Shown piece by piece: positions 38,103 through 47,994 of a stretch of DNA of 64,000 nucleotides. Positions within the stretch are counted from its first letter, which is position 1. The number at the start of each line of letters is the position of its first letter. The notes beneath the pieces were generated by a model. The model was not told the DNA's origin, made no database searches, and was given only the letters and a program-made list of their open reading frames with translations. The position numbers and the translations under genes are program-made. The stretch comes from Candidatus Latescibacterota bacterium (GTDB lineage: Bacteria; Latescibacterota; UBA2968), in assembly GCA_965198115.1 (NCBI GenBank), contig OZ240241.1, positions 928,001 to 992,000 of the forward strand, given 5' to 3'.

Positions 38103-38201
38103 TCGGTTCATTCTGCTGTCCGGGCGGGCGTCCCCGAGTTTCGGTGGCGCCCGCTTTCATGTGTAGGTCGAACATCCCTGCCACACAGGCGTTGAATTCG
38201 T

Positions 38202-39281
38202 ATGGCTTATTTCGGTTTCACGCCCGGTCGGTCTGCCCCGATCCTGTTGACGGCCATCCTGTTGTCCGGATGCGCAGCCGCATCGGACCCTCTGGGCGGC
38301 GGTTCCGCCCGGAAGAACTTCGATCGGGGCGTGGCGTTCTACGCGAAGGGTTCGTATCAGAAAGCGATCGAGTCGTATCAGCTGGCCATTCAGGCACGCC
38401 CGTCGTTCACCGAGGCGCATTTCGGACTGGGGGTGGCGTTCATCAAGACGGAGTTCTTCCGGGGCGCCCTTCTCGCGCTCGGTCGTGCTCTCGAGCTTCG
38501 TGCCGACTATCCCGAGGCTCATTACAATCTGGGTGTGGCCTACCATCGGCTGGACCGTCACGCCGATGCGATTCGGCACTATCGGGTGGCGAGGTCCCAA
38601 AAACCCGACATGTCGGAAACTGACCTTCCCCTGGCCAGGGCCTACGAGGTCGTCGGGAACGTCGATTCGGCTCGGGCCGTCTATCTCTCCGCCGTGCCTC
38701 GTGAGCCGCTCGAGGCGAACCTCGGTCTCGCGCGGCTCGCCCGTCTCGCGGGCGACACGAGCCTTCACATCCGCCATCTGGAGGTGGCGACCGAGGCAGA
38801 TTCGACTCGCTTCGAGCCCTGGCTCGATTTGGCGGGAGCACGTGAACGAAGTGGGCAGCTGAAAGAGGCTCTGGACGCCTATGAGCGGGCTTTTGCTCTG
38901 CGTGAGGGTCATCCCGGGTTGATCGCGAAACTCGGAGGTCTCCACGTCCACGCGGGAGATCTCCCACGTGCGCGAGACCTGTTCACGATCGCGGCAGAGA
39001 GAGACTCGACGGACAGCCGGGCGTTCTACAACCTGGGGGTCGTCTACGATGCGTTGAACGATAGAGAGCGTGCGATCGAAGCCTATCGAAGGTGTCTGGC
39101 CATCGATCCGTCTTTTGACGACGCCCAGCTGAATCTGTCGATCGCGTTTTTCGAAATGCGCCGATTCAAGGAAGCGCTCGAGCAATATGAGATCTTGATG
39201 ATGTTGGAGATCGATGACGATCGTAGGCGGCAGGTGACGAAGATCGTGGATCAGCTTCGAGCTGCGCTCGGGCCAGATTGA
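38202..39281 (+). CDS. Tetratricopeptide-repeat lipoprotein
   Basis: LLSGC lipobox; repeats EAHFGLG, EAHYNLGVAY, AFYNLGVVY. Confidence 0.9.
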   Translation: MAYFGFTPGRSAPILLTAILLSGCAAASDPLGGGSARKNFDRGVAFYAKGSYQKAIESYQLAIQARPSFTEAHFGLGVAFIKTEFFRGALLALGRALELRADYPEAHYNLGVAYHRLDRHADAIRHYRVARSQKPDMSETDLPLARAYEVVGNVDSARAVYLSAVPREPLEANLGLARLARLAGDTSLHIRHLEVATEADSTRFEPWLDLAGARERSGQLKEALDAYERAFALREGHPGLIAKLGGLHVHAGDLPRARDLFTIAAERDSTDSRAFYNLGVVYDALNDRERAIEAYRRCLAIDPSFDDAQLNLSIAFFEMRRFKEALEQYEILMMLEIDDDRRRQVTKIVDQLRAALGPD

Positions 39282-39297
39282 AATCGAACGATGTGTC

Positions 39298-39325
39298 GTA
39301 GGGTTACGGCATGCCGTAACCCTAC
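39298..39325. repeat. Perfect 28-bp GTAG-type palindrome (REP-like) between convergent genes
   Basis: GTAGGGTTACGGCA|TGCCGTAACCCTAC; second hairpin GCGTTCGC..GCGAACGC at 39363-39388. Confidence 0.7.
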
Positions 39326-39416
39326 CCGAGCGAAGAGATGAGATGTGGATAAACAGAGAAAGGCGTTCGCCTCAGTAGGAGCGAACGCATTTTCGGATTT
39401 TACAGACGGATAGTGT

Positions 39417-39962
39417 CTACCGCGGAGGAATGCAGACGCCCCCTCCTCGACCACGGCCGAGGGTGCCTCGCTTCTTTCCCCTGCGAACCCAGCCCTCTCC
39501 GGGTTGGGCGACGAGTGTGTCGATTTCGGCCTCGGTGAGATGAATCGTGGGTTCGGCAAGGCCGAATCCAGCGGTCTGGATGGCTGGCCCGTCCGAGAGA
39601 TGGGCCTGGATCGCGACGTCGGAGCGTAACGAGGACACGTCGAGTGCCAGGAGTGCACTCAGGGCCCGGGACCTTCGCGAAGCGGACAGACGTGCGGCCT
39701 CTCTTGCGGCTGCTCCGGGATCGCCGGGCTCGACCGTGCTCACGCCCTCCGTTTTCGTCGGTCCGGCTGGCGCCGGCGCCTCGAACGGCCTGACAGACTC
39801 CTGGAACTCGATCACCACTTCTTGGGGTTTGGGACCTCGGTCGGCGGTGACCAGGTAGCCCAGTGCGACGACGTGAAAACCGACGGATATCCCGATGGCG
39901 GCGTTTCGATTCGTCAGCCAGCGAGGTTCTTTGAGGCGGGGCCACTTCATTGGTTGCTCCAC
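39417..39962 (-). CDS. Hypothetical single-TM protein with TonB-like N-terminal anchor
   Basis: AIGISVGFHVVALGYL (SxxxH TM motif) followed by a Pro/Ala-rich region; no recognisable TonB C-terminal domain. Confidence 0.5.
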   Translation of the reverse strand: MEQPMKWPRLKEPRWLTNRNAAIGISVGFHVVALGYLVTADRGPKPQEVVIEFQESVRPFEAPAPAGPTKTEGVSTVEPGDPGAAAREAARLSASRRSRALSALLALDVSSLRSDVAIQAHLSDGPAIQTAGFGLAEPTIHLTEAEIDTLVAQPGEGWVRRGKKRGTLGRGRGGGVCIPPR

Positions 39963-40028
39963 GTGTCTTGCTCTGGGGTTGCCGGCTCTTCATTCGACGC
40001 GCGTCTGACGCGATCGGTTCCCACAACC

Positions 40029-41279
40029 TTAGGCATTCGTGCCACGGTTTTGATCTCTTTTCGCAGCGGCGGAGGCTGTCTGGTAGGCCTCGGACCCGTC
40101 GTCTTCGATGACGTCCAGCCGCGAGCCGGACTCGGAAATCGGTTGAGCGTCGTTCGGGTAGAGGCCATGGAGCTCCTGTTTGGAACAGGCATAGTCGGTG
40201 GTCTCGCCGCTGGCGCGGACATAGCGATAAAAGTGGCCGGGAGGGTCGACCCAGTCGTGATCCGAGCGGCACGCGGTGGCGGCTTGCCGGTCCAACCGGA
40301 CGCCCAGGCCGGGTTCGTTCGGTACGGCGTAGAACCCCCCGCGAATCACGTGCGGGTCGGTGATGAGCTGTTGCGTCCAGATGTTCATGCACGTGATAGC
40401 CGGCCACTTGGCCTGAGGCAGCACCGCACCGAGGTGAGCGGCCCAGGCCGTTGTGATGCCCGTGCCCACCAGCTGGAGCCAGAAGGGCTTGTTCCAGGCA
40501 TCCGCGATCGCCGCTTGCTTCGTGACGCCAGAGGCACCGGAGCAGACGACGAATCCGTCGGCGACGTCCTCCCTCATACACGTCTCGACGGGTGGGCTTC
40601 CGAAGTGCATCGCGACAGGGCGGTTGCAGCGATTCCGAATCTGCCTATTCCCCGCGACATCGCCCTGGGGAATAGGCGATTCAACCATGGCGACTTCGGC
40701 ATATCGTTCGAGTTCTTTGAGGTGGGGGATGGCGTTCGCGGAGTTGGCGAGCGTTCCGTTGTAGTCCAGATCGAGGTGGAAACCCGCGGGCACAACCTCC
40801 TGAACCGCCTGGATGGCGGCGTGCAGGTCGTACCACGGCCGCGCCTTGAGCTTCGCGCTCGTATAGCCTGCGTCGATGGCTTGCCTGCATTCTTCGGCCC
40901 ATCCCTCGGGTGGCATATCCATGTTCCACCACGAGATGGGACACCAGTCCCGAATCTTCGTCCCCAGCAGACTGTGCACCGGAACGGATAGCGATTTTGA
41001 GACGGCATCGAACAGGGCGATCTGGACGCCCGCCCCGATGCTATCGTCCCACATCAGGTCCGCGGCCCGTTCGCCCAGCGCTCGGTCGAAGATGTCTTCG
41101 GGGACCCGCGACCAGGTGTAGTTGGGGATCGTTTCGCCGAGCCCCTTGATGCCTCCGGTCAGCGTGACTTCGCAGATCTCGACGATCCGCCAGTGCGGTA
41201 ACCAATAGCCGAGATGCCGGTTCGCGTGTTCGGTGAACGGGACGTCGAGTGTCGTGAAGGCGATGTTCTCTATTCGCAC
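40029..41279 (-). CDS. Mandelate racemase/muconate lactonizing enzyme family protein
   Basis: GLGET, IALFDAVSKSLSVPVHSLLG, KLKARPW, LDYNG, VESP; GTG start after GGAGG. Confidence 0.88.
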   Translation of the reverse strand: MRIENIAFTTLDVPFTEHANRHLGYWLPHWRIVEICEVTLTGGIKGLGETIPNYTWSRVPEDIFDRALGERAADLMWDDSIGAGVQIALFDAVSKSLSVPVHSLLGTKIRDWCPISWWNMDMPPEGWAEECRQAIDAGYTSAKLKARPWYDLHAAIQAVQEVVPAGFHLDLDYNGTLANSANAIPHLKELERYAEVAMVESPIPQGDVAGNRQIRNRCNRPVAMHFGSPPVETCMREDVADGFVVCSGASGVTKQAAIADAWNKPFWLQLVGTGITTAWAAHLGAVLPQAKWPAITCMNIWTQQLITDPHVIRGGFYAVPNEPGLGVRLDRQAATACRSDHDWVDPPGHFYRYVRASGETTDYACSKQELHGLYPNDAQPISESGSRLDVIEDDGSEAYQTASAAAKRDQNRGTNA

Positions 41280-41421
41280 GATGACCTCCTTTGGGGCGGT
41301 AAGATCAGTCTGCGACTTGGCCGGGTCAAGGGCACGACGTAACCGGCTTGATCGGCCTTGCTGCTGTTCGTTTCTTGGAGTTTCTGCAGACCCGATGTCT
41401 TTCACTTCAGGAGAGAATAGC

Positions 41422-42414
41422 ATGGCCCATCGATTGATACACGTCGGCGTGGCAGGCCGGGGACGCTGGCCTGTCAACCTGGTTCCCGAACGAGACGACT
41501 TCGAGAGCGTCGCCCTGGTGGATATCTACGAAGAGAAATTCGAGCCGGCGATGGCGTCGACCGGACTTCCCGAATCGGCCTGCTTTCGGACGATCGAACA
41601 GGCGCTCAACAACGTGGAATCCGACGCGATCGTCGTCATCACGCCACCCGATCTGCACGCGGAGATGTGTCTGGAGGCGGTGCGGGCGGGGAAGCACGTG
41701 CTGGTCGAGAAACCTTTTACGAAATCGCTGGCGAGTGCCAAGCAGGTCGTAAAAGAAGTCGAGGAAAACGAGGTCAAGGTCTTCGTCAGCCAGAATGCCA
41801 AATATAATCCCGCCACCGTGACGATGCGACGTCTGATCCAGGACGAGGTTTATGGCAAGGCGAGTTTCGGCATGTTGATGAAACTGAGCTGGCGCAGCAA
41901 AGGCGTGCACCATTCGGGAGAGGACGATCACTCCTACCTCTGGGAGCGTGGTATTCACGATTTCGACACGATGCGCTACATCTTTGCGTCGGACCCCAAG
42001 CGGATGTGGGCCCATAGCTTCAACCCATCGTGGAGTCCCTATAAGGCGGGTGCGGGGGCTCACGCCTGGATCGAGTTCGAGAGCGGGGCGAGTTGTGGGT
42101 ATCTGTGTTGCCTCGAATCCCACAAGAACGGATCGGTTACACGTATCGACTGCGAAGGGGGCACGCTCGAGCTAGCGGGCGGGAAGCTGACGGTGAAACA
42201 TCGGGAAAAGGACGAGCACGAGGAGATTCCTCTCGACGATTGTCCTGACAACACGACCGTTATCTTGAACGAGCTGAATAGCTATCTGGCGAACGGTGCC
42301 GAACCGGAGAATTCCGGACGCAACAACCTGAAGACGGTGGCGATGGTCGAGGGGTGTGGTGTGGCCTCGGACGAAGGCAGGATGATCGACTTCCAGCAGT
42401 ATCTGAATGAGTGA
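41422..42414 (+). CDS. Gfo/Idh/MocA oxidoreductase
   Basis: HVGVAGRG, TPPDLH, GKHVLVEKPF, GIHDFD. Confidence 0.92.
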   Translation: MAHRLIHVGVAGRGRWPVNLVPERDDFESVALVDIYEEKFEPAMASTGLPESACFRTIEQALNNVESDAIVVITPPDLHAEMCLEAVRAGKHVLVEKPFTKSLASAKQVVKEVEENEVKVFVSQNAKYNPATVTMRRLIQDEVYGKASFGMLMKLSWRSKGVHHSGEDDHSYLWERGIHDFDTMRYIFASDPKRMWAHSFNPSWSPYKAGAGAHAWIEFESGASCGYLCCLESHKNGSVTRIDCEGGTLELAGGKLTVKHREKDEHEEIPLDDCPDNTTVILNELNSYLANGAEPENSGRNNLKTVAMVEGCGVASDEGRMIDFQQYLNE

Positions 42415-43561
42415 ACCGATCGCCGCGAGTATGATCGGGGCCTACGGTGAGTGGGCGGCCGACCTCGTGGGTGATGGTCCCGGCACCCTTTCCTTCCGCC
42501 GCGACGAATTTCAGGACCTCGACGCTTGGAGAGACGTCGCGCGGGGGCGGCTGCAGGCCTGCCTCGCCGCACCTGACGCGGGTGGGTGTCCGTTCGCCGA
42601 AATCGTTGACCGTTCGACCTATGACGGTCTCGTAATCGAGTCACTTCGTTGGCAACTTTCGTATGGACCTGCCACAGAAGCGTATTTCGTCAAACCCGAT
42701 GACGCTGCGGGGCCGTTACCCGGAATTCTGGCGCTCCACGATCACGGAGGCAACAAGTACTTTGGAAAGCGCAAAATCGCGCGATCCAGCGAGGACTGTC
42801 ACCCCCTTATGCTGGAGCACCAGAACCGGTGTTATGGCGGGGTCGCCTGGGCGAACGAGATCGCCAGGTGCGGGTATGGTGTGCTCGTGCCCGATGCTTT
42901 TCCGTTCGCCAGCCGACGCGTGCGCGTCGGGGATGTTTCCGAGCGCATCCGGCGTGGTCTGACGGATAGGGACCCCGAGGAATCCGAGCACATCGAGGAC
43001 TACAACGCCTGGGCCGCCGATCACGAATCGGTGATGGCCAAGTCGCTCTTGTGTGCAGGGACGACGTGGCCCGGTGTTTTCCTGGCCGAAGACCAGCGGG
43101 CACTCGATGTCCTCTGCGCAAGAGACGACATCGATGCCGACCGGGTCGGCTGTGGTGGCTTGTCGGGTGGCGGCATGCGAACGGTCTTCCTCGGTGGGTC
43201 GGATGACCGAATTCGCTGCGCCGTTTGTGTCGGGATGATGACGACGTGGCACGACTACCTGCTCAACAAGGCGCACACCCATACGTGGATGGTATACGTG
43301 CCGCTGCTCCCCCGAGACTTCGATTACCCGGAGATTCTGGGACTTCGCGCGCCACTCCCCACACTGGTCCAGAACGATGAAGAAGACCCGCTATTCACGC
43401 TGCCCGAGATGAAGCGGGCGGACAAGATCCTGGGGGACGTCTACGCGAAGGCTGGTGCGATCGATCGCTATCGGTGCACGTTCTATCCCGGACCCCACAA
43501 GTTCGATTTGCCCATGCAGGCCGAGGCGTTCGCCTGGTTCGACCAGTGGTTGAGGACCTGA
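42407..43561 (+). CDS. Alpha/beta hydrolase (dienelactone hydrolase/acetylxylan esterase-like)
   Basis: LALHDHGG, GLSGGG nucleophile elbow, DPLF, GPHKF. Confidence 0.88.
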   Translation: MSEPIAASMIGAYGEWAADLVGDGPGTLSFRRDEFQDLDAWRDVARGRLQACLAAPDAGGCPFAEIVDRSTYDGLVIESLRWQLSYGPATEAYFVKPDDAAGPLPGILALHDHGGNKYFGKRKIARSSEDCHPLMLEHQNRCYGGVAWANEIARCGYGVLVPDAFPFASRRVRVGDVSERIRRGLTDRDPEESEHIEDYNAWAADHESVMAKSLLCAGTTWPGVFLAEDQRALDVLCARDDIDADRVGCGGLSGGGMRTVFLGGSDDRIRCAVCVGMMTTWHDYLLNKAHTHTWMVYVPLLPRDFDYPEILGLRAPLPTLVQNDEEDPLFTLPEMKRADKILGDVYAKAGAIDRYRCTFYPGPHKFDLPMQAEAFAWFDQWLRT

Positions 43562-43572
43562 CGGAGGGAACA

Positions 43573-44472
43573 ATGGAAGATACGACCGCCTATAGACGCG
43601 CACCCGTGGGATTCAGCCGTGAGCAATGGGAAGCGTTCATGGAAGAGGGCGTACTGATCATCGAGGACGCGCTTACGGACGAAGAGGTTGAAGGGTATCT
43701 CGACCTGATTGATGAATCCGCCGCCGGCGACGAGGGCTACGACCCGTCCAAATTCTTCGGCCCGAACAACATCGTCGAACGCTACCCGGTCTTTTCGGAA
43801 TTGATCGACCACCCTCGTCACGTCGGGTTCGGCTACGACATCTACGGCGAACAGCTGAAGCTACACATTTCCCAGGTCTTCCTCCGCCCCCGTGACACGA
43901 CGCGGAACAAGTGGCACCCCGACGGCGCCCGGAATGTGCCGTATGGCGTGTTCGCACCCGAGTTGCCACTCCAGATAAAAGTGTCCTATTGGCTGACGGA
44001 CGTACCGGAGCCGAAGATGGGGAATTTCGTCTACATGCCGGGCAGCCACCGCACCCAGGTTCTCGAACACTACGATACACACGACACGGTTCCCGGCGAG
44101 CATATCCTGTGTGTCAAGCGGGGGACAATGACGATCATGCACTGCGGCACCTGGCATCGTGTCGAGCCGAACGAGACCGACACGGTGCGGAAGAACATCT
44201 TTTTGGCCTACTGTCCATCCTGGATCTGCGAGGCCGATCGTCATCAGAGCACCCCCGAATGGCTCGAAACGCTCAATCGTGAGCAGCGCATCATCATGCG
44301 GTCCTACGACTCGGGGTATGCGCGCACGAAACCACCCGCCAGCGAGTTCCCTCTGTTCCTCGATCGAGAAACAGGCGAGGATGCGGATGAAGGTTCGCTC
44401 CAACACGTCAGCCCGCGCCGGCGAAAGCGGATGACGACGATCGAGAAGTGGGGAGTCGGCACGCTTGCTTGA
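43573..44472 (+). CDS. Phytanoyl-CoA dioxygenase (PhyH) family Fe/2OG enzyme
   Basis: WHPD, PGSH, WH...R facial-triad motifs. Confidence 0.9.
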   Translation: MEDTTAYRRAPVGFSREQWEAFMEEGVLIIEDALTDEEVEGYLDLIDESAAGDEGYDPSKFFGPNNIVERYPVFSELIDHPRHVGFGYDIYGEQLKLHISQVFLRPRDTTRNKWHPDGARNVPYGVFAPELPLQIKVSYWLTDVPEPKMGNFVYMPGSHRTQVLEHYDTHDTVPGEHILCVKRGTMTIMHCGTWHRVEPNETDTVRKNIFLAYCPSWICEADRHQSTPEWLETLNREQRIIMRSYDSGYARTKPPASEFPLFLDRETGEDADEGSLQHVSPRRRKRMTTIEKWGVGTLA

Positions 44473-44483
44473 GAGCCGATACG

Positions 44484-45197
44484 ATGACTGACCTGACCGA
44501 CAAAGTCGCGCTGATCACGGGTGGGGGACGTGGAATAGGTCGAGCGACGGCGCTCAAGCTTGCCGACGCAGGGGTGCGCGTAGCCGTCGCTGCGCGTTCT
44601 GAATCAGAGTTGGCGGAGGTGGTGGAAGAGGTCGAGAGGAACGGAGCACAAGGGATGGCCTGTCCGACCGACGTGACGGCCAAGGCCGGCGTCGATGCCA
44701 CGTGTGCCGCCGTAGTGGAGCGATTCGGCAGAATCGACATTCTCGTGAACAACGCAGGCGTGGCGATTCACAATCCGATCGTGGATGTGCGCGAGGAGGA
44801 CTGGGACGTTAACATCGCCGTCAACCTGAAGGGGACCTTTTTGTGCACACAGGCGGTGTTCGGCCACATGTGCGATCGAGGGAGCGGCCACATCGTCAAC
44901 GTGTCTTCCGTCTCCGGGAATCGCGGGCATCTCCGGGGGGCGGCCTACTGTGCGGCAAAAGCCGGCGTGATCGCCCTGACGGAAACAACCGATGCGGAGG
45001 GGAAACCACACGGGGTCAAGGCGACCGTGATCTGTCCGGGGCCTGTGGATACGCGAATGCGTCGTGAAAACCATCCCGATGACGATTTGTCCAAACTTTC
45101 ACAGCCCGAGGACATCGCTGATGCGATCACCTTCGTGCTGACCCAACCCGATTGCGCCCACACGCTCGAAGTCATCGTGCGGACGCCGCTGATGTAG
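44484..45197 (+). CDS. SDR family oxidoreductase
   Basis: TGGGRGIG, NNAG, YCAAK, PGPVDT. Confidence 0.95.
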   Translation: MTDLTDKVALITGGGRGIGRATALKLADAGVRVAVAARSESELAEVVEEVERNGAQGMACPTDVTAKAGVDATCAAVVERFGRIDILVNNAGVAIHNPIVDVREEDWDVNIAVNLKGTFLCTQAVFGHMCDRGSGHIVNVSSVSGNRGHLRGAAYCAAKAGVIALTETTDAEGKPHGVKATVICPGPVDTRMRRENHPDDDLSKLSQPEDIADAITFVLTQPDCAHTLEVIVRTPLM

Positions 45198-45206
45198 GGG
45201 GATGTC

Positions 45207-46151
45207 GTGAAGATACTGGTGACCATCGACTTGGAGTCCAAACATCACGAAAAAATCCAGTCTGCCATGGATGATGTTGAAGTCGTCGTGGCGAAGACGG
45301 CGGAGGAAGCGGAACAACTGATGCCAGAGGCCGATGTGCTGATCGGGGGGTTCAACCTGAATCTCTACCGACGTGCCGAGCGATTGAGATGGGTGCAGTC
45401 GTGGGGGGCCGGTGTGAACGGGATGTTGTTCAAGGAGTTCGTGGACAGCGAGATCAGGTTGACGAGTGCCAAGGGAACGGTCGGTGTCCATCTATCCGAG
45501 CACGCGATGGCTCTGCTGCTGTCGCTGACACGGGGCATCCACACGTCGATTCGGGAAACGACGTGGGACAATCGAATGCCGATCCGTCGGGCCTCCTGGG
45601 AGCTGATTGACAAGACGATGGGCATCGTCGGACTCGGAGGAACTGGGATCGACGTCGCGAAACGCGCTTCCGCGTTCGGCATGCGCATCATCGCTGTTGA
45701 CCCCGAGGAAGTGGATGTGCCCGACTTCGTCGAATGGTGTCGCACTTTGGATGCTTTTCACGACCTCTTACGAGAATCCGACGTGGTGACAGTTTGTGCG
45801 CCCCTTGCCCCAGGATCGGTGGGCATGTTCGACGATGTCGCGTTCGACGCCATGCAGGATCACGCGCTCCTGATCAACGTCACGCGAGGGGGCATTATGG
45901 ACGAGGACGCGTTGGTCGATGCCCTGCAGAATGGGAAGATCGCCGGGGCCGGGCTGGACGTCACGCCTCAGGAGCCTTTGCCGGAGGATCACGTCCTGTG
46001 GAGCATGCAGAACGTCGTGATCACACCCCACACGGCGGGTGGATCACCCAATCGGGATGATCGACTCGTAGATTTGATCTGCGAGAATTTGAGGCGCGAC
46101 GCGGCGGGCAAGCCACTGCTGAGCGAGATCGACAAAACAAAAGGCTACTGA
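45207..46151 (+). CDS. D-2-hydroxyacid dehydrogenase
   Basis: GIVGLGGTG, INVTRG, GLDVTPQEPL, ITPHTAG. Confidence 0.95.
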   Translation: MKILVTIDLESKHHEKIQSAMDDVEVVVAKTAEEAEQLMPEADVLIGGFNLNLYRRAERLRWVQSWGAGVNGMLFKEFVDSEIRLTSAKGTVGVHLSEHAMALLLSLTRGIHTSIRETTWDNRMPIRRASWELIDKTMGIVGLGGTGIDVAKRASAFGMRIIAVDPEEVDVPDFVEWCRTLDAFHDLLRESDVVTVCAPLAPGSVGMFDDVAFDAMQDHALLINVTRGGIMDEDALVDALQNGKIAGAGLDVTPQEPLPEDHVLWSMQNVVITPHTAGGSPNRDDRLVDLICENLRRDAAGKPLLSEIDKTKGY

Positions 46152-46270
46152 GCCGCGATGCACCCTGGATCCAACGTGGATGTAGGATTCTATCCTACAG
46201 GGGCGTAGGTATTTGCCTCAGGTGTTCCACACGAATGACTCTTGGATTTCGTGGGTTTTGTCTTATTTTT

Positions 46271-47690
46271 GGCTATATCTGGATCTCTCAACGAGATGAA
46301 GTGGGTGAAGGTGCCGTGGTTCCTGGCATGGGGGCGCGGTTAGAGTGTGCGGAACCTCTTCGGAATCTGCTCAGGGATGTTTATGTCTCCGACGGTAAGG
46401 AAGATCATATCGTTGAATGCGTCGAGTGTGCGGAATCCGCTGGCTCGGTTCTTGACGATTTGGACGATTCGGTTGAGGCCTTCGGCGATGGCGTTGGTAA
46501 GACGCGTGTTCACGAATGCGAGGACGCCGAAGAAGTGCTGTCGCAGGGTCCTGACGAACTTTCGCAGGGGTTCACGTCGACTTCTGAGTGCGGACGTCGT
46601 CCAGCATTTCAGGAAGCGTTCGGCAGCCCAGGGCGCTTTGTATTCCCAGAACTGCTCGAACTCGTCCTTGAGTCTCCAGGCTCTATAGATTCGGTAGTTC
46701 GCCTTCTCCAGTGCTTTGAGTGTCCGAGTATCCCCTCTGGAGCGTGTCGCTGAGTGCCGGTAGAGGAGCCATCGGAGGCCCTTCATGGCTTTGCGCTCAT
46801 CCGGGGCAGCTTTACGCCACTGGTCCTTACGGACCTCGTCAACGGCGGCATTGAGAGCCTTGACGATGTGAAAGCGATCGAGGACCAGCTTGGCATTCGG
46901 ACAGTGTTCCTGGATGGCTCCGATGTAAGCTTCGCTCATGTCGCAGCAGGCCCACTCGATCTTGGATCTCCGGTAGGGACTGAGAGCCTCTGTGAAGAAC
47001 CGATCGATCGTTTTACGCGCCCTGCCGCGGCCAACCCACACCACGCAGGAGCGGTCCAGATCGTAAACGAGCGTGGCGTACCTGTGACGCTTGGCGTAGG
47101 AGATCTCGTCGATCCCGATGGTTTTGAGCCCTCGGATACGATGACCTTCACGAAGCCGCGTGATGGATCGGTGAAGGAGATCCGACAGCGTCGAGGCAGA
47201 GATGCGCAGTAACTCGGACGCCGCCTTCTGCGTCATGGTCTGGCAGTAGCGCAGCATGGCATACTCGAAGCGATACGTCACCCGAGAGAACCGCTCCGCC
47301 CACGGAATCTCCTCGACCACACGACCGTGGGTAGGACACCGAATCTCCCGAGGATGGTAGAGAAGCCAGACCCTCCACCCGCACACCGGAATGTCACGCC
47401 ACCGACGCGGATGGGGCATTGTGCGGACGATTTTACCTCGACGGCCGCACTCCGGACAACAACAACCATTCTTATGTGGCTTTACGGCGATGACGAAACA
47501 GCTTCTCCCCTCAAACCACCAGCTGACAACACGGAACCCCTTGAATCTCAGCAGTTTCGATAGTAATCTGCTCCCGGTCATAGGTCGCACCCCCTTCGCT
47601 TTGATTGTCCTACACACACAACCAAGCGTAGGGAACGATCTATGACCTTGTCATTCTATAGTTTCACCGTTGAGAAACCCGGATAGAGCC
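46271..47690 (-). mobile_element. ISL3-family insertion sequence, 1420 bp
   Basis: IRs GGCTATATCTGGATCTCTCAACG / rc GGCTCTATCCGGGTTTCTCAACG; flanks TTATTTTT and TTATTTTA (7/8 target duplication). Confidence 0.92.
46340..47581 (-). CDS. ISL3-family transposase (intact ORF)
   Basis: CPECG zinc finger, IGIDEIS, CDMSEAY, DRFHIVK, TNAIAEGLN, RASGFR. Confidence 0.95.
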   Translation of the reverse strand: MTGSRLLSKLLRFKGFRVVSWWFEGRSCFVIAVKPHKNGCCCPECGRRGKIVRTMPHPRRWRDIPVCGWRVWLLYHPREIRCPTHGRVVEEIPWAERFSRVTYRFEYAMLRYCQTMTQKAASELLRISASTLSDLLHRSITRLREGHRIRGLKTIGIDEISYAKRHRYATLVYDLDRSCVVWVGRGRARKTIDRFFTEALSPYRRSKIEWACCDMSEAYIGAIQEHCPNAKLVLDRFHIVKALNAAVDEVRKDQWRKAAPDERKAMKGLRWLLYRHSATRSRGDTRTLKALEKANYRIYRAWRLKDEFEQFWEYKAPWAAERFLKCWTTSALRSRREPLRKFVRTLRQHFFGVLAFVNTRLTNAIAEGLNRIVQIVKNRASGFRTLDAFNDMIFLTVGDINIPEQIPKRFRTL

Positions 47691-47753
47691 TTATTTTAGC
47701 GTTGATCGTGAGTAGAGGATTCTCCAACTCTTGAAGGAGCCCGGGGTTACGCT

Positions 47754-47933
47754 ATGCCTGGAAAGAACCTTGGGGACATCATCGGGAAGGTCATCATCGG
47801 CATAGTCCTGGTCGGCCTGATCGTGATTGTCTACTTCGTTGTGACGGGTCAGTGGGGTGGCAAACGGTTCAGAGGGATAGAGAAGTTCCGAGGCGAGCAG
47901 GCGATCGAAGCTCCGCTCCATAGACTCGCTTAA
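47754..47933 (+). CDS. Small 59-aa single-TM protein (below ORF-track cutoff)
   Basis: MPGKNLGDIIGKVIIGIVLVGLIVIVYFVVTGQWGGKRFRG...; AAGGAG upstream. Confidence 0.6.
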   Translation: MPGKNLGDIIGKVIIGIVLVGLIVIVYFVVTGQWGGKRFRGIEKFRGEQAIEAPLHRLA

Positions 47934-47994
47934 CTCGCACAACGATATCGAATGAATTCGGGGATGCCCTTGCGGCATCCCCTGTTTGTTTACT

